DNA of 64,000 nucleotides from an uncultured archaeon (GCA_964473825.1 CAYYQL010000002.1:32001-96000); one strand, 5' to 3'; shown: positions 19,820 to 30,132, counted from the first letter of the stretch. Numbers and translations are program-made. Notes: generated from the sequence alone by a model not told the origin.

Positions 19820-20443
19820 ATGGAGTTAGCAGATCAACTAGCCGCACTCAGAACAGAGATTGAGCATGATGACAGAGTAAGAGAGAGTGTCATACCAATG
19901 GCACGAGAGGCAACTCGGAAATGTAGTGAGGCAGTAAAGGAAATACATCGAGGTAACTATGATGCGGCCGATGGTCTCGTGAAGAAGGCCCATTCGGTTC
20001 TGAAGAGAGCAGAGGACAAGTGCGACGAGAGTGAGTTCATCTCCAAGAACAAGTACCTTGATACAGCTTATCAGGAACTGACCGAGGCGGCTAACCTCCT
20101 TTCTATACTCAAGAGAGGCACGTACACCCCGGGTTCCGAGTATGGAATACTTACAAGGCCGTATCTGACAGGTCTAGGAGATACCATCGGAGAGCTCCGA
20201 AGAGCAACTCTTGATGCATTGAGGCGTGAAGAAGTCAGTCGGGCCGAGGACCTCCTAGGCTTCATGGAAGATATCTTGGAAGAGCTCAGCGGCTTCGATT
20301 TTCCTGACTCCTTGATTCCTAGCCTACGAAGGAAGGTTGATGTTGGGAGACGCATAATTGAAAAGACTCGTGGGGATGTCACCAATGCAGTACTGCAGCA
20401 GAGCCTGATGAAACAGCTCAAAGAGTTCGGAAATAAGATATGA
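19820..20443 (+). CDS. Translin/TRAX family protein
   Basis: QELTEA, YLTGLGDTIGELRR, LRRKVDV. Confidence 0.85.
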   Translation: MELADQLAALRTEIEHDDRVRESVIPMAREATRKCSEAVKEIHRGNYDAADGLVKKAHSVLKRAEDKCDESEFISKNKYLDTAYQELTEAANLLSILKRGTYTPGSEYGILTRPYLTGLGDTIGELRRATLDALRREEVSRAEDLLGFMEDILEELSGFDFPDSLIPSLRRKVDVGRRIIEKTRGDVTNAVLQQSLMKQLKEFGNKI

Positions 20444-20463
20444 AGGAGGAGAGATGAGTAGGG

Positions 20464-21144
20464 TTGACAGCACCAGAGATCTGGTTTACACTTTACGAAC
20501 TTGCAAAGCGAGGAGCAGTGCATGGATACTGCGAGATCACAACGAGTGAACTGGGAGATGCACTTGATGTGAGTCAGCAGACTGCCTCAAGGAGAATACG
20601 AGACTCTGTGGAAGGAGGATTTGTTGAGAGAGTTCACACAGCAAGCGGCATGATGCTGAAGCTGACTGAGCAGGGTAAAAGAGAACTGCTGAACGTTCTC
20701 AATGACCTTGAGGTCTCACTAGCTCCACCTAGTGATGAAATCAAGTTTGTGGGAATAGCCGTCAGTGGTATCGGAGAAGGAGCATATTACGTGGAGGCCT
20801 ATTCGGATCGTTTCAAGGAGTCTCTGGGCTTTGAGCCATTCGCGGGGACTCTGAATGTCAAGGTGTCAGATGAACAATCACAGGCAGCAGTCAAGAAGAT
20901 GAAACATAGTCCCCCCATCATTGTACCCGGATTCAGCAAGGAAGATAGAACGTTCGGCGATGTGATCTGTTATCGAGTCAGAATAAACGAGAAGGTGGAG
21001 GGGGCTGTAGTGATTGCACAGAGAACACATCATAGTAAGGACATACTCGAAGTGATTGCGCCATTCAACCTGAGAGAAAAACTCGGCATCAAGGACAATG
21101 ACAGGGTGAGGCTGAGGGTGATTCCGCTCCATCTTGCAACTTGA
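20464..21144 (+). CDS. ribK: CTP-dependent riboflavin kinase with N-terminal HTH
   Basis: SQQTASR HTH; SGIGEGAYY, PFAGTLN, RTHH...EVIAP. Confidence 0.9.
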   Translation: MTAPEIWFTLYELAKRGAVHGYCEITTSELGDALDVSQQTASRRIRDSVEGGFVERVHTASGMMLKLTEQGKRELLNVLNDLEVSLAPPSDEIKFVGIAVSGIGEGAYYVEAYSDRFKESLGFEPFAGTLNVKVSDEQSQAAVKKMKHSPPIIVPGFSKEDRTFGDVICYRVRINEKVEGAVVIAQRTHHSKDILEVIAPFNLREKLGIKDNDRVRLRVIPLHLAT

Positions 21145-21145
21145 A

Positions 21146-21820
21146 TCACTGACCGTAATCACCAGTCATTGGTACAAAGGCCACACCGCCCCAACGCTTC
21201 TTTGAGATGCTCAAGTCTTCGTTCTTATGCACGACCATGAGGTCTTGGAAGAATCCCCTTGCTCCAACTGGAATCAACATTATTCCACCGGGTACGAGCT
21301 GGTCTACGAGTGGTTGAGGAACATCGGGCGCAGCTGCGGCAACTAAGATGCGATCAAAAGGAGCGTGTTCCGGAAGGCCCTTCCCGCCATCCCCATGTAT
21401 CATAGTGACCCTGTCCGAATATCCGGTCTTCTCGAGGTTCTTCTTTGCAGATTCAACGAGTGCTTTCACGATTTCAATCGTGTATACGTGCCCAGGATTC
21501 TTGCTGCCTGCAGGAGCCACAATCTCGGCACAGAGTGCTGCATGATACCCTGAGCCTCCTCCGACATCTAGGACTGACAGTCCCTCAGATAGTTCAAGAA
21601 ACTCGCACATGATGGCACACATATGAGGAGCAGAAATCGTCTGGCCGTGTGCAATTGACAGAGGTGTGTCTCTATAGGCGTGACGTCTGACCTCTGGAGG
21701 GACGAACTCTTCGCGAGGGACCTGCCTCATGGCCCGTTCCACTTTCTCACTCTTTATGTATCCGGAGGCCTTAAGGCGTTGAATCAGTCGTTCGTGTTCC
21801 CTATTGATAGAGTCATTCAT
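21146..21820 (-). CDS. pcm: Protein-L-isoaspartate O-methyltransferase
   Basis: VPREEF, GQTISAPHM, GGGSGYHAA, APFDRI, VAFVPM. Confidence 0.93.
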   Translation of the reverse strand: MNDSINREHERLIQRLKASGYIKSEKVERAMRQVPREEFVPPEVRRHAYRDTPLSIAHGQTISAPHMCAIMCEFLELSEGLSVLDVGGGSGYHAALCAEIVAPAGSKNPGHVYTIEIVKALVESAKKNLEKTGYSDRVTMIHGDGGKGLPEHAPFDRILVAAAAPDVPQPLVDQLVPGGIMLIPVGARGFFQDLMVVHKNEDLSISKKRWGGVAFVPMTGDYGQ

Positions 21821-21880
21821 ATCAATTCTGTATGAATTAAGATGTGCATTGATAAAAGACTTGGCGGTCAGGAATCCCAG

Positions 21881-22312
21881 ATGAAATACGAAGAAGTATT
21901 TGAAGCAAGTGGGCACAGGAATGTTGCAGGAACCCATAGGACTACTCTTGAAATCACCAAGGAGTCCCATCTCACACACAGCGGTACCTGCATAGTAGCT
22001 ACAGATTCAACCCTTGCTCTTGGAGACCTAGATGAATATATTCGGAGCCTCGCCCAGAAGAGTACAACGCGGATAGTCCTCAGAATGTCTGTCAATGATC
22101 TGACGGAAACGATTATCGGGTGGGGCAGTCCGGGGCTGACGTATAGGAGCAATACATGCATGGTGGCTCGGACCAGTGAATTCGAATGCGACAGAACTCT
22201 GATGATCAATGCTGACAGGGCAGCAGGAGACCTGAACCGCAGTTTCGTCAGAATGTTGAGAGATTCGGATGTACTGGTACACTGTGAGCTGACCTTCATC
22301 AGTGAACAATGA
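21881..22312 (+). CDS. DUF371 family protein
   Basis: GHRNVAGTHRTTLEITKE, ADRAAGDL. Confidence 0.85.
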   Translation: MKYEEVFEASGHRNVAGTHRTTLEITKESHLTHSGTCIVATDSTLALGDLDEYIRSLAQKSTTRIVLRMSVNDLTETIIGWGSPGLTYRSNTCMVARTSEFECDRTLMINADRAAGDLNRSFVRMLRDSDVLVHCELTFISEQ

Positions 22313-23354
22313 CATCTGCAACCATCTGGTATTCATATGGAGCGCTATCCCGTACTCGTCGCACCTTTTTGATTAGATCTACCCGTCGACCTGCCTCTTC
22401 TACCAGGCGTTGAATCTTTGCCTTGAGCAAGGATTCCGCATTTTCTCCACCTAAGAAATCATAGTAATGAAGTATTCCGCCCTCTCGTATCGCAGTACAG
22501 GCATCTGTAACAAACGCTGCAGCTCCGGAGGGGTGATTCATGATGACTCTGTCGACATTGTGGTCGAAATTACGGGACACATATTCGGACGCATCCGCCA
22601 CCACAGGGATAATCTGCCCCTCTAGTGGATTCATGGTGATGCTCTCCTCTAAGAGTGCAATGGCATCCGGATTAATGTCAATCGCATACACTGTACACTC
22701 GGAGCGGCCAGCAATATGGATGGCAAAGGGACCAACCCCGGTGAACATGTCTATTACTGTTTCTTCGCTGTCCACTTGTTGTGCGACCCGATAGTGTTCT
22801 TGAAGGAGTCGTGGACTGAAGTAGGCTTTTGCGAGATTCACAGCGATACGGAAACCATACTCAGTGTGGATTGTATAAGTCTTCTTCTCTCCATAGAGAT
22901 GCTCATACTCGCGTACTCGACGAGTACCGCCGATAGCACTGCTCTTTGCCAATACTGTAGAAAAGTTGGGATGTGTCTTATGGAATGCCTCACCTATGAC
23001 ATCGGCATGGTGTTGAATCTCATCAGGAATCTCCAACACTGCAATATCTCCAATCAAATCATAGGCACGAGGGAGATGCTTCAACTCCATGGGGCTCATC
23101 TTGTCTTCTAAGGCCTCCTCTAGTGAGCGTGGGCCTTCTACTGTAGAGTCAAAAACCCTCTCTCCGAAATCTACCTCCTCTGAGGAGAAGTGGAACCTTA
23201 TCGCCTCTTCATAACGCGTCAAGGGGATATAGAGGAATCCGCCTTCTGAGATGATACGGTGTTCTTTGTCGAATACTCCCATGTCTACGAGCATCTGCCG
23301 TATCCGCTCACCAGACTCTACCGGCACTCTCACAAAGGGGCTTTTATCTGTCAC
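22299..23354 (-). CDS. trm5: tRNA (guanine-37-N1) methyltransferase, Trm5/Met10+ family
   Basis: YDLIGDIA, AYFSPRL, DMFTGVGPF, DINP, VIMNHP. Confidence 0.88.
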   Translation of the reverse strand: MTDKSPFVRVPVESGERIRQMLVDMGVFDKEHRIISEGGFLYIPLTRYEEAIRFHFSSEEVDFGERVFDSTVEGPRSLEEALEDKMSPMELKHLPRAYDLIGDIAVLEIPDEIQHHADVIGEAFHKTHPNFSTVLAKSSAIGGTRRVREYEHLYGEKKTYTIHTEYGFRIAVNLAKAYFSPRLLQEHYRVAQQVDSEETVIDMFTGVGPFAIHIAGRSECTVYAIDINPDAIALLEESITMNPLEGQIIPVVADASEYVSRNFDHNVDRVIMNHPSGAAAFVTDACTAIREGGILHYYDFLGGENAESLLKAKIQRLVEEAGRRVDLIKKVRRVRDSAPYEYQMVADVIVH

Positions 23355-23396
23355 ACTAGCAGAGAATCATCCCATACCTAAGACCCTTGCGCTATA

Positions 23397-24464
23397 TCAG
23401 AGGATTTTGATGTATTCTCTGCCTGCTCCAGCCTTGGTGCCCACCATGAGTTGATGGAAGGCTGTCTTGCCGGATGGTTTCATAACTCTCTGAACAGTAC
23501 CTGCAACTTCAAGTTGGTCCCCTACTTGTGCCAGTCCTCTAAAGACCCCCTCATAGATCATGAGTCTGCTTGTCTTCTGTCCGTTGATGCACTGCAATTC
23601 GTCGGATTCACCGATGTAGAGTGAAGGAAGAAAAAGGCCATACGTTGCATCACGGACATCAAATGTGGTCTTCACAGGTTTGGAGGATACGTCCTGATAC
23701 CTCTCAGTGAGGTATGGGATTGGAGTTTCATGACTCAGCAGTACAGGAGTGACGCCGATAAACTGATTGTCAAGATGCAGAGCTCGTCGCCTCTCAAAGA
23801 GTGCATGGAGGTCCCCGATATCCAGTCTCGGAACCCGTGATAGAACTCTCGACTTCGCAGCAAGCCACTCTGTATTCTTCCTAAGAGAGACTCTCCTATC
23901 TTCGTCAGGTAGTTGTTCGTAGGATTTCTGCAATCGCCAAGAGTTCTCCAGACCATAGACACACATGTTGATGTCCGAGTGTTTGGGGTTATGGGCATGC
24001 CACGCAATGCTACCGGCCACCCCTAAGAATTGCGGTTTGATTCCAGCCGTATCGGATAGTATTTCTGCAAGTGCCAGCGCTCTCTCTTCAAGCGGATCTT
24101 TGGGACCAAGTTCAAGTATCTGTCTGAGGCGAACCTCAGGTTCGAAGTGCTTCGTTATGTATTGAACGGGTATACTTGGAAGCAGTGTGCCAAAATGGGG
24201 GTCATTGAAAAGGAACGCAGCACTCATCTGGTCCATCCCATCGGCTACTGATTGGACACCGCCCCAGAAGACACGGCGGAATCGCCTGTGACCTCTCGAC
24301 CATCGACCATCTTTGTCTGGCACGTATTTCAGGAAGGCAATGACACGGCCTTCAGGCTGAATATGGCCGAGAACAACCCAGATACGCCCCTCATTGTCAC
24401 AGGTTATATCTCGGTCAAGGAAGCCTCTCCGTGATACTTCAGCAGTTGTCATAAGATGTTCCAC
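23397..24464 (-). CDS. Predicted nucleotidyltransferase-fold protein
   Basis: AFLKYVP; GVAGS...SDIN motif (second Asp replaced by Asn). Confidence 0.65.
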   Translation of the reverse strand: MEHLMTTAEVSRRGFLDRDITCDNEGRIWVVLGHIQPEGRVIAFLKYVPDKDGRWSRGHRRFRRVFWGGVQSVADGMDQMSAAFLFNDPHFGTLLPSIPVQYITKHFEPEVRLRQILELGPKDPLEERALALAEILSDTAGIKPQFLGVAGSIAWHAHNPKHSDINMCVYGLENSWRLQKSYEQLPDEDRRVSLRKNTEWLAAKSRVLSRVPRLDIGDLHALFERRRALHLDNQFIGVTPVLLSHETPIPYLTERYQDVSSKPVKTTFDVRDATYGLFLPSLYIGESDELQCINGQKTSRLMIYEGVFRGLAQVGDQLEVAGTVQRVMKPSGKTAFHQLMVGTKAGAGREYIKIL

Positions 24465-24543
24465 CTCGATTTCGTCAAGACTCCCAGAAGATAGATAGGT
24501 GTCACTTAGTTAGATGATGACAGCACCCCTTGGAAGCCATATA

Positions 24544-25291
24544 ATGAGAATCCTTCATCTCTGTGATAGCCTTAATCCTGCCGGTCTGGGAGGATAGGAG
24601 TCCTACCTTCACTACCTCTCTGGGGTCTTGAGCCGAGCAGCACACGAGGGTATTATCTCGAGCCAGAAACCAAGACGAAACAGCCCCGGCTGGATCGAGT
24701 CGGAACACTATCGGAGTGGGCATCTTGAAGGGAATCTACTGGAGGCGAGGAAATGGGAGTATCCGGCCCTGCCTCAGGAGAAGCGGGGAAGTGTGGCGGA
24801 AAAGCTCTTCTCTCCTGATGACCTCGAGAAGAATGTCGAGTTACTTGTAACGGAATTCCAAAGTCTAATTGAGGATTTCCAACCAGATGTGGTTCAAGCC
24901 CACAGCACCTACGTTGGCTTCAACCGCATCCTTGAGCAATGTTGCTCTGAACCAAGTATCGAACAGCTGCCCCTGATTGCCACTATTCACGGGTTACCGA
25001 AACCGCTGGTTTTTTCCGAATGGCATTGAAACATCTGACTATGAACAACTCGCCACCCACTGCCCGTTTGATATTCTCATTGACCCTGATAAACTTGACA
25101 TCCTCGTGGATTCCATCTTGGCCCTGCTCAATAGCTCCGAGAGAAGGAATTTACTGGGAACTGGTGCACGCAGGACGGTTCAACATAGATTCAATATCCA
25201 AGATCATGCGAAACGGCTAGTTAACTACTACGGGAACATGATATCTGGAAAAAACGTGAGGGGGCTTCATTGCCCCCGCGGTTTGTGTTGA
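24544..25291 (+). pseudogene. GT4 glycosyltransferase remnant
   Basis: MRILHLCDSLNPAGLGG*ESY with TAG at 24595-24597; PDVVQAH...ATIHG; frameshift in a T-run near 25010; C-terminal GARRTVQHRF; central region apparently deleted. Confidence 0.75.
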
Positions 25292-25306
25292 AACGAGTCT
25301 AGTGTC

Positions 25307-25996
25307 TTATTCGAAGACTTTTGCAGCCCGCTCAAGGAACTTCCTCGCGGCGGAGGCTTCTTCCTTTGGGACTTCCTTGTGGCACAGCCACCAGTCCAAA
25401 CACTCGTACTCTTTGGTGCGCTTCTCTGCTTCTTCTATGGATTTTGGAGGCGGCACGATTACGTGCTCCCCAACGATCTCGTTGTTTGGCCAGTTAGCAG
25501 GCATAGCAGCCTTGTATTCGCCACCTACTTGGAAGGCTTTGATCATTCGTAGGAACTCATCTATGTTACGACCCAGCTCCAAGGGGTAGAACAGGATTGC
25601 ACGGATAGTCTGGTTGGGGTCCACAATGTAGACAGCCCTTACAGTCGCGGTCGAGGACTGTGCATGGAGCAGACCAAGCGTCTGTGAAACGTTCCCCATT
25701 GGGTCTCCAATCACAGGGTAGTCGATCTTTTCGCCGACGTTATCCTCAATCCACTCAACCCATTTCATGTGGCTTATCGTACTGTCAACACTTAGTCCAA
25801 TAAGCTCAGTATTTAGTTTCCTGAAATCCTCATGCCTCTTCGCAAAAGCTATGAATTCCGTGGTGCACACTGGAGTGAAATCGCCAGGGTGACTGAACAA
25901 TACAAACCACTTGTCTTTGTAGTGATCCGGCAGTTTCAACGGGCCAAATGTAGTATCTACTTCCATCTCAGGGAATTTCTCACCGATTGTTAGCAT
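25307..25996 (-). CDS. Peroxiredoxin (archaeal Prx6/TdxH type)
   Basis: [21 protein letters not shown]-terminal CLDWWLC. Confidence 0.95.
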   Translation of the reverse strand: MLTIGEKFPEMEVDTTFGPLKLPDHYKDKWFVLFSHPGDFTPVCTTEFIAFAKRHEDFRKLNTELIGLSVDSTISHMKWVEWIEDNVGEKIDYPVIGDPMGNVSQTLGLLHAQSSTATVRAVYIVDPNQTIRAILFYPLELGRNIDEFLRMIKAFQVGGEYKAAMPANWPNNEIVGEHVIVPPPKSIEEAEKRTKEYECLDWWLCHKEVPKEEASAARKFLERAAKVFE

Positions 25997-26121
25997 TCTT
26001 CTTTTCTCCTCAAACTGTTGTTTGCGTCAGATAGTATTCAAATCAGTCCCACAAGAAACGGTCGCCTCAATCATTTGATGTCGGGTCTTACCGCGAACTG
26101 TAGGACATGCTGGTCTAAACC

Positions 26122-26134
26122 AATAATCATTATT
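26122..26134. promoter_or_regulatory. Fur/Per-box-like palindrome
   Basis: AATAAT-C-ATTATT between divergent peroxiredoxin and Fur/PerR genes. Confidence 0.55.
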
Positions 26135-26212
26135 ACTTAAACTTTACTATCGATAAGTAACAAGTTGTAACAAAGAATGTTTTTATATGTAAGATTCAAC
26201 ATGGAAATCATA

Positions 26213-26635
26213 ATGAAGGCCAAGAAGTCCAGACAAGCGATTGCCAAGGTGATCCGTGTACACGGATACAGAGCCACGCCTCAGAGGCTCGCAATCTATG
26301 ATGCACTGCACGAGTCCGGCTCTCATCCTACTGCACAGGAGATACACAAGACCGTCTTAGAGAGAGATCCGTCCGTCAGTCTGGCCACCGTCTACAAGAC
26401 ATTGCAGCTGTTTGTAGAGCTAGGTCTGGCTGGAGAGATGGGTTTCAGAGACCAGACCCACTATGACCCTGAAACGGGATATCACATCCACCTAGTCTGT
26501 ACCAACTGTGGGAGAATCGACGATTTTCATGTTGACGAGTTAGAGAGCTTCATGTCCCAGATAGAAGATCGGACTGAGTTCAAGATTTCAGGGCAGCGGT
26601 TCGATATGTACGGCCTCTGCTCAGATTGTAAGTGA
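26213..26635 (+). CDS. Fur/PerR family transcriptional repressor
   Basis: RATPQRLAI, HPTAQEI, SLATVYKTL, HIHLVCTNCG, CSDC. Confidence 0.92.
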   Translation: MKAKKSRQAIAKVIRVHGYRATPQRLAIYDALHESGSHPTAQEIHKTVLERDPSVSLATVYKTLQLFVELGLAGEMGFRDQTHYDPETGYHIHLVCTNCGRIDDFHVDELESFMSQIEDRTEFKISGQRFDMYGLCSDCK

Positions 26636-26668
26636 GAGAAGAGGGATGTCAGTCCCCCCATCTCCTGC

Positions 26669-27283
26669 CTAGTGTACTATACTTGACACAACCGCTGGGG
26701 CTGCGATGCTCCAGATTCTTGCCAGGACAGGTGTCAGGAATACGACTGTTGGAAGGCCAGCTGTCAGAACAGGGAGTAAGACAAACCCGATGGCAACCAA
26801 TGTAGCATACCCTTCAATCACGATGCCAATGATGACCAAGAGAAGCGCTGTCATGATAAGACCAAATGCCGAGAGGAGGGACATCTTGACTAGGGAGCGT
26901 CCGCTTGAGAGTTCATAGGATGCCATTCCCACTACAAGACCTAGGACACCATATGCCAGTGCGGGAAGTGTGAAGGTCACAACAACGTTGTAAACTAGGA
27001 GCCCATAGATCACCTCGCCCAAGTATCCTGCCAGAAGACCTGCGATGGGTCCTCTGATAGCGCCTGCAAAGGCGATGAGCGCCAGAGCAGGAACTAGTCC
27101 CAGAGTGAAGAGACCCTCCATGACGAAGGGCATCGGAATTATTGAAATGAGGGCATAGATGACCGCCACAACCACGGCGAAGAGGATTGTTTCTGCTGCC
27201 ATTCGTGCATCCTTCATTCGGAGGAACTCGAATACGGTGGATACTGTCACGGGGGTTTCGGTTTCTTGGTTTTCTTTACTCAT
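26669..27283 (-). CDS. ECF transporter S component-like membrane protein
   Basis: GAIRGPIAGLLAGYLG motif, ~6 TM helices. Confidence 0.7.
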   Translation of the reverse strand: MSKENQETETPVTVSTVFEFLRMKDARMAAETILFAVVVAVIYALISIIPMPFVMEGLFTLGLVPALALIAFAGAIRGPIAGLLAGYLGEVIYGLLVYNVVVTFTLPALAYGVLGLVVGMASYELSSGRSLVKMSLLSAFGLIMTALLLVIIGIVIEGYATLVAIGFVLLPVLTAGLPTVVFLTPVLARIWSIAAPAVVSSIVH

Positions 27284-27295
27284 TCTCGGATCACC

Positions 27296-28936
27296 TCATC
27301 TTATCACAAGCTGATACACTCCCGACTCCAGTGATAGGTCGTAGTCTGTACCAGAAGCAGTGAGTACGCCTAGGACGGAGCCAGACGAATAGGCTGTTGG
27401 TGCCGAGTCGAAGTTGCTGAATGATAACGTTGCCGACTGGTCCACCCGTACATTGAGAATAAAGGCCTCCTTTGCTGCATCCCATTCTGCCTGATAGACC
27501 CAGATACGGTCGTCATCTGCAGAACTGATGTAGGGATAATCCCAGAACTCTGCAGGCCGAGCGTCCCCCAGATCCATGATTGTGATGGGGGCATGGGCCC
27601 AGATCCATCCAAATGCCGCTACTGACTGGAGGAACGGTTCCAGTGACATGGTATCGAAGTGCATCTGACGACCATCAGGAGACCAGACCTTGTTGTAAGA
27701 GTTGAAGAAGAAATTCGCTAGGCGATCTCGTGTCACGTAATCACCCATTTGATTCGCGAGGTGCATGGTGAAGAGTGTGCCCAAGATGTCAAAGGTGCCA
27801 AACCCACCGGGGTTGTTGTAGCTATCCATGATGTACGAAGAATCGGCAGAGACGTCCTTCATGAAGTACTCCAGGAACACGGGATAGTCGGCTATACTCT
27901 CCTCTGGCTGGATGTATTGCAGAAAGGCAAGCGCCCACCCATTGCAGTAGGACGAGACCTTCGGGCTACCATCACTGGTATAGAGGGACAGCTGAGGACC
28001 AGGAATCTCTTCCGGAACGCGACTGGTGTCATAAAGTGAAGACGTGGGTCTGTCGACGAAGTACCCGTCGATGAACAGGTCGTACTTGTCTTGGGCGACC
28101 GTGTTCACGAAATTGAGCCCATAGTCCCACATTCCCCCGTTCCAGTATTCGGACCCATACAGATTGTCGTACAGCTTCGTGCAGAGCATCGGTATCGAGT
28201 TGCATTGCACAAATACGATATAGGGTTCACAGGGAATCAGTCCGGTTCCCCAGAGACCGTCTTCCTTTGGATTGCCTCGCCTATCGCTTGTAAGAGAAAC
28301 ATTCCAATCGTCAACAAAATAGTCGAGATCATTCTTCATCAGGCCGGTGTTGAAACTGCGTTCATACATGGCCTCCATGAGAGCGATGTGCCCGGTCCAC
28401 ATGATATTGGCTGGACCTCGGAAGCCTCCAGTATAGATTGCCTCCGGATCGGATGCATTGTTGGGGTAGTGGTAGTCCACATAGTTGTAGGATGGATGTA
28501 GCCATTCCTTGTATTCGATGCTGTTGTTGCCCCACTCTTCAGCGGTTGTATTCATTTTCATTATCAGATCGTACAAGAAGTCGTGATAGTAATCGGTCCT
28601 ATAGCCCGAGGTTGCCTCGAACATCATTGCGACTGTGTATGCCATGAATGCTAACACATAGTGATGTAGGCCATGATACTTCTCGGCGTACCAGCCGTCC
28701 CACTCCCCGTAGCCCTGATAGTCACTACTCACAATCGTGTCCAAATAGTTGAAGACTGCAAGCATCTGGTGGTCAATCGCAGTGTAGTCAGCAAAGTCAA
28801 ACTGGATGCTGTCAACCGTCTGAACCCCTCTAGACACAGGAAGCCCTGGCAGATTGCCAACGGTAAGACCCCCAATCACAAGCGTCATGACAAGGGCGAC
28901 TAGGAAATACTTGTTGCTCATCACCTTTTTGCTCAT
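27296..28936 (-). CDS. Secreted linalool dehydratase/isomerase-like protein
   Basis: N-terminal signal/TM helix; HYVLAFMAY, NIMWTGH and IPCEPYIVFVQCN resemble LinD motifs. Confidence 0.7.
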   Translation of the reverse strand: MSKKVMSNKYFLVALVMTLVIGGLTVGNLPGLPVSRGVQTVDSIQFDFADYTAIDHQMLAVFNYLDTIVSSDYQGYGEWDGWYAEKYHGLHHYVLAFMAYTVAMMFEATSGYRTDYYHDFLYDLIMKMNTTAEEWGNNSIEYKEWLHPSYNYVDYHYPNNASDPEAIYTGGFRGPANIMWTGHIALMEAMYERSFNTGLMKNDLDYFVDDWNVSLTSDRRGNPKEDGLWGTGLIPCEPYIVFVQCNSIPMLCTKLYDNLYGSEYWNGGMWDYGLNFVNTVAQDKYDLFIDGYFVDRPTSSLYDTSRVPEEIPGPQLSLYTSDGSPKVSSYCNGWALAFLQYIQPEESIADYPVFLEYFMKDVSADSSYIMDSYNNPGGFGTFDILGTLFTMHLANQMGDYVTRDRLANFFFNSYNKVWSPDGRQMHFDTMSLEPFLQSVAAFGWIWAHAPITIMDLGDARPAEFWDYPYISSADDDRIWVYQAEWDAAKEAFILNVRVDQSATLSFSNFDSAPTAYSSGSVLGVLTASGTDYDLSLESGVYQLVIR

Positions 28937-29126
28937 TTTGGAAACTCTCTGGAATGTTTCATTGCTACAGATTGTCACATAGCTTCCGTGAGCGATGAGA
29001 AACGCTCCATAAATACTTTGCAAAATTGTCTAGAAACAAATCGACATATGACGAAATGCACAGACACAGTCATGAAAGAACGAAGAGCGGATGTCAATCC
29101 TGTCGAAATCCAGCTCGCTGATTGAC

Positions 29127-29266
29127 GGCCCTGTAAAATAAATCGAGTTCACATGGCTTAGATGAAGGAAAACTTGTATGGAGCAACTCAAAACTATCAG
29201 AAGAGACCCATTTCGTTGCTCACGGAATTCATTTCGTGAACAATATGAGAATTATTTTACAGAGCC
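29127..29266. mobile_element. 140-bp MITE (type A, copy 2, inverted relative to copy 1)
   Basis: TIRs GGCCCTGTAAAATAA / TTATTTTACAGAGCC; flanked by CTGATTGAC (29118-29126, 29267-29275). Confidence 0.93.
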
Positions 29267-29275
29267 CTGATTGAC

Positions 29276-29417
29276 GGCTCTGTAGAATAATTCACATCAG
29301 GTGTGGGAGCGAGTCCTGTCCTTGTTCCAGAATGTCCGGATGTGAACATTATGCTAGCAAACTGATGATGATCATGGTCATCGCGACCCTAGTCCCGTTG
29401 ACTTTTTCTACAGAGCC
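29276..29417. mobile_element. 142-bp MITE (type B, related TIRs, different interior)
   Basis: TIRs GGCTCTGTAGAA / TTCTACAGAGCC; flanked by CTGATTGAC (29267-29275, 29418-29426). Confidence 0.88.
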
Positions 29418-29497
29418 CTGATTGACAAAACACTGATTAGTCGCTTTCCAAAGCTCAGCAGCTCAGTCTTGCTCTCACATGGAGACCGACGAGTGCA

Positions 29498-29908
29498 ATG
29501 AAAGCCCGAAACAAACTGATCTGCGTAGGCATCCTGATCATGGGAGTGCTTGCTACGACCGTGGTCTTGTTGGTCACCGATGACGTAGATGGACCAATAA
29601 TCTATCAGATAGATGTCCTTCCTAGAAGACCTCACCCAGGCGATGTCATCAACATAGTCATCTACTGCATAGATTCATCAGGAGTGTCGGGGGCAACCTT
29701 GCATTATTCAGTCAATGACGGCGAGTGGCAGGAGCAGACGATGTACTTCTATGCATGCCTGTGCATTGCAGGTGGACGATGGGTGGGAGAAGTTGGCCCC
29801 TTGGATGCTGGCGAGAACGTCCAGTTCTATGCCACAGCGTTTGATAATTCGGTCACAATAAACTCAGCAGATACCCAGAAGTTCACAGTGGAAGTCGTTG
29901 AAACGTAA
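29498..29908 (+). CDS. Membrane-anchored beta-rich extracellular protein with CxC motif
   Basis: N-terminal TM helix, YSVNDGEW, ACLCIAGG. Confidence 0.7.
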   Translation: MKARNKLICVGILIMGVLATTVVLLVTDDVDGPIIYQIDVLPRRPHPGDVINIVIYCIDSSGVSGATLHYSVNDGEWQEQTMYFYACLCIAGGRWVGEVGPLDAGENVQFYATAFDNSVTINSADTQKFTVEVVET

Positions 29909-30110
29909 GGGAGAATCGAAATTGAAGTCGGACACTATCATCTACTTGCTGGTCATGATTCTTGGAATCGTGGTTGCTATTGCACCATGGACTTTTGCGC
30001 CCGTATGCGTCACCGAGATGCGTTGTTGGTTCACACGGGATGTCGAAACAGTGTTGGGAGCCGGCATAACAGTGCTGGCTGCCATCGGGCTGTTCAGAAA
30101 TCTGGCCTGA
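29898..30110 (+). CDS. Small membrane protein, DUF4418-like
   Basis: APWTFAPVCVTEMRCW between two TM helices. Confidence 0.6.
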   Translation: MKRKGESKLKSDTIIYLLVMILGIVVAIAPWTFAPVCVTEMRCWFTRDVETVLGAGITVLAAIGLFRNLA

Positions 30111-30132
30111 TAGGACATGGAGTCATATATCA

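Noticed and set aside
24595-24597. In-frame TAG as pyrrolysine or genome-wide amber recoding
   Set aside because: The same gene also has a frameshift and an apparent deletion, and many core genes here (glyA, rpl44e, aIF2alpha, nop10) end normally at TAG.
25307-25996. Selenoprotein peroxiredoxin
   Set aside because: The active site is Cys (PVCTTE) with no in-frame TGA.
29118-29426. Possible CRISPR mini-array
   Set aside because: The repeats are only 9 bp and the ~140-bp units have their own TIRs; one recurs at 11371 with a different TSD, so these are MITEs.
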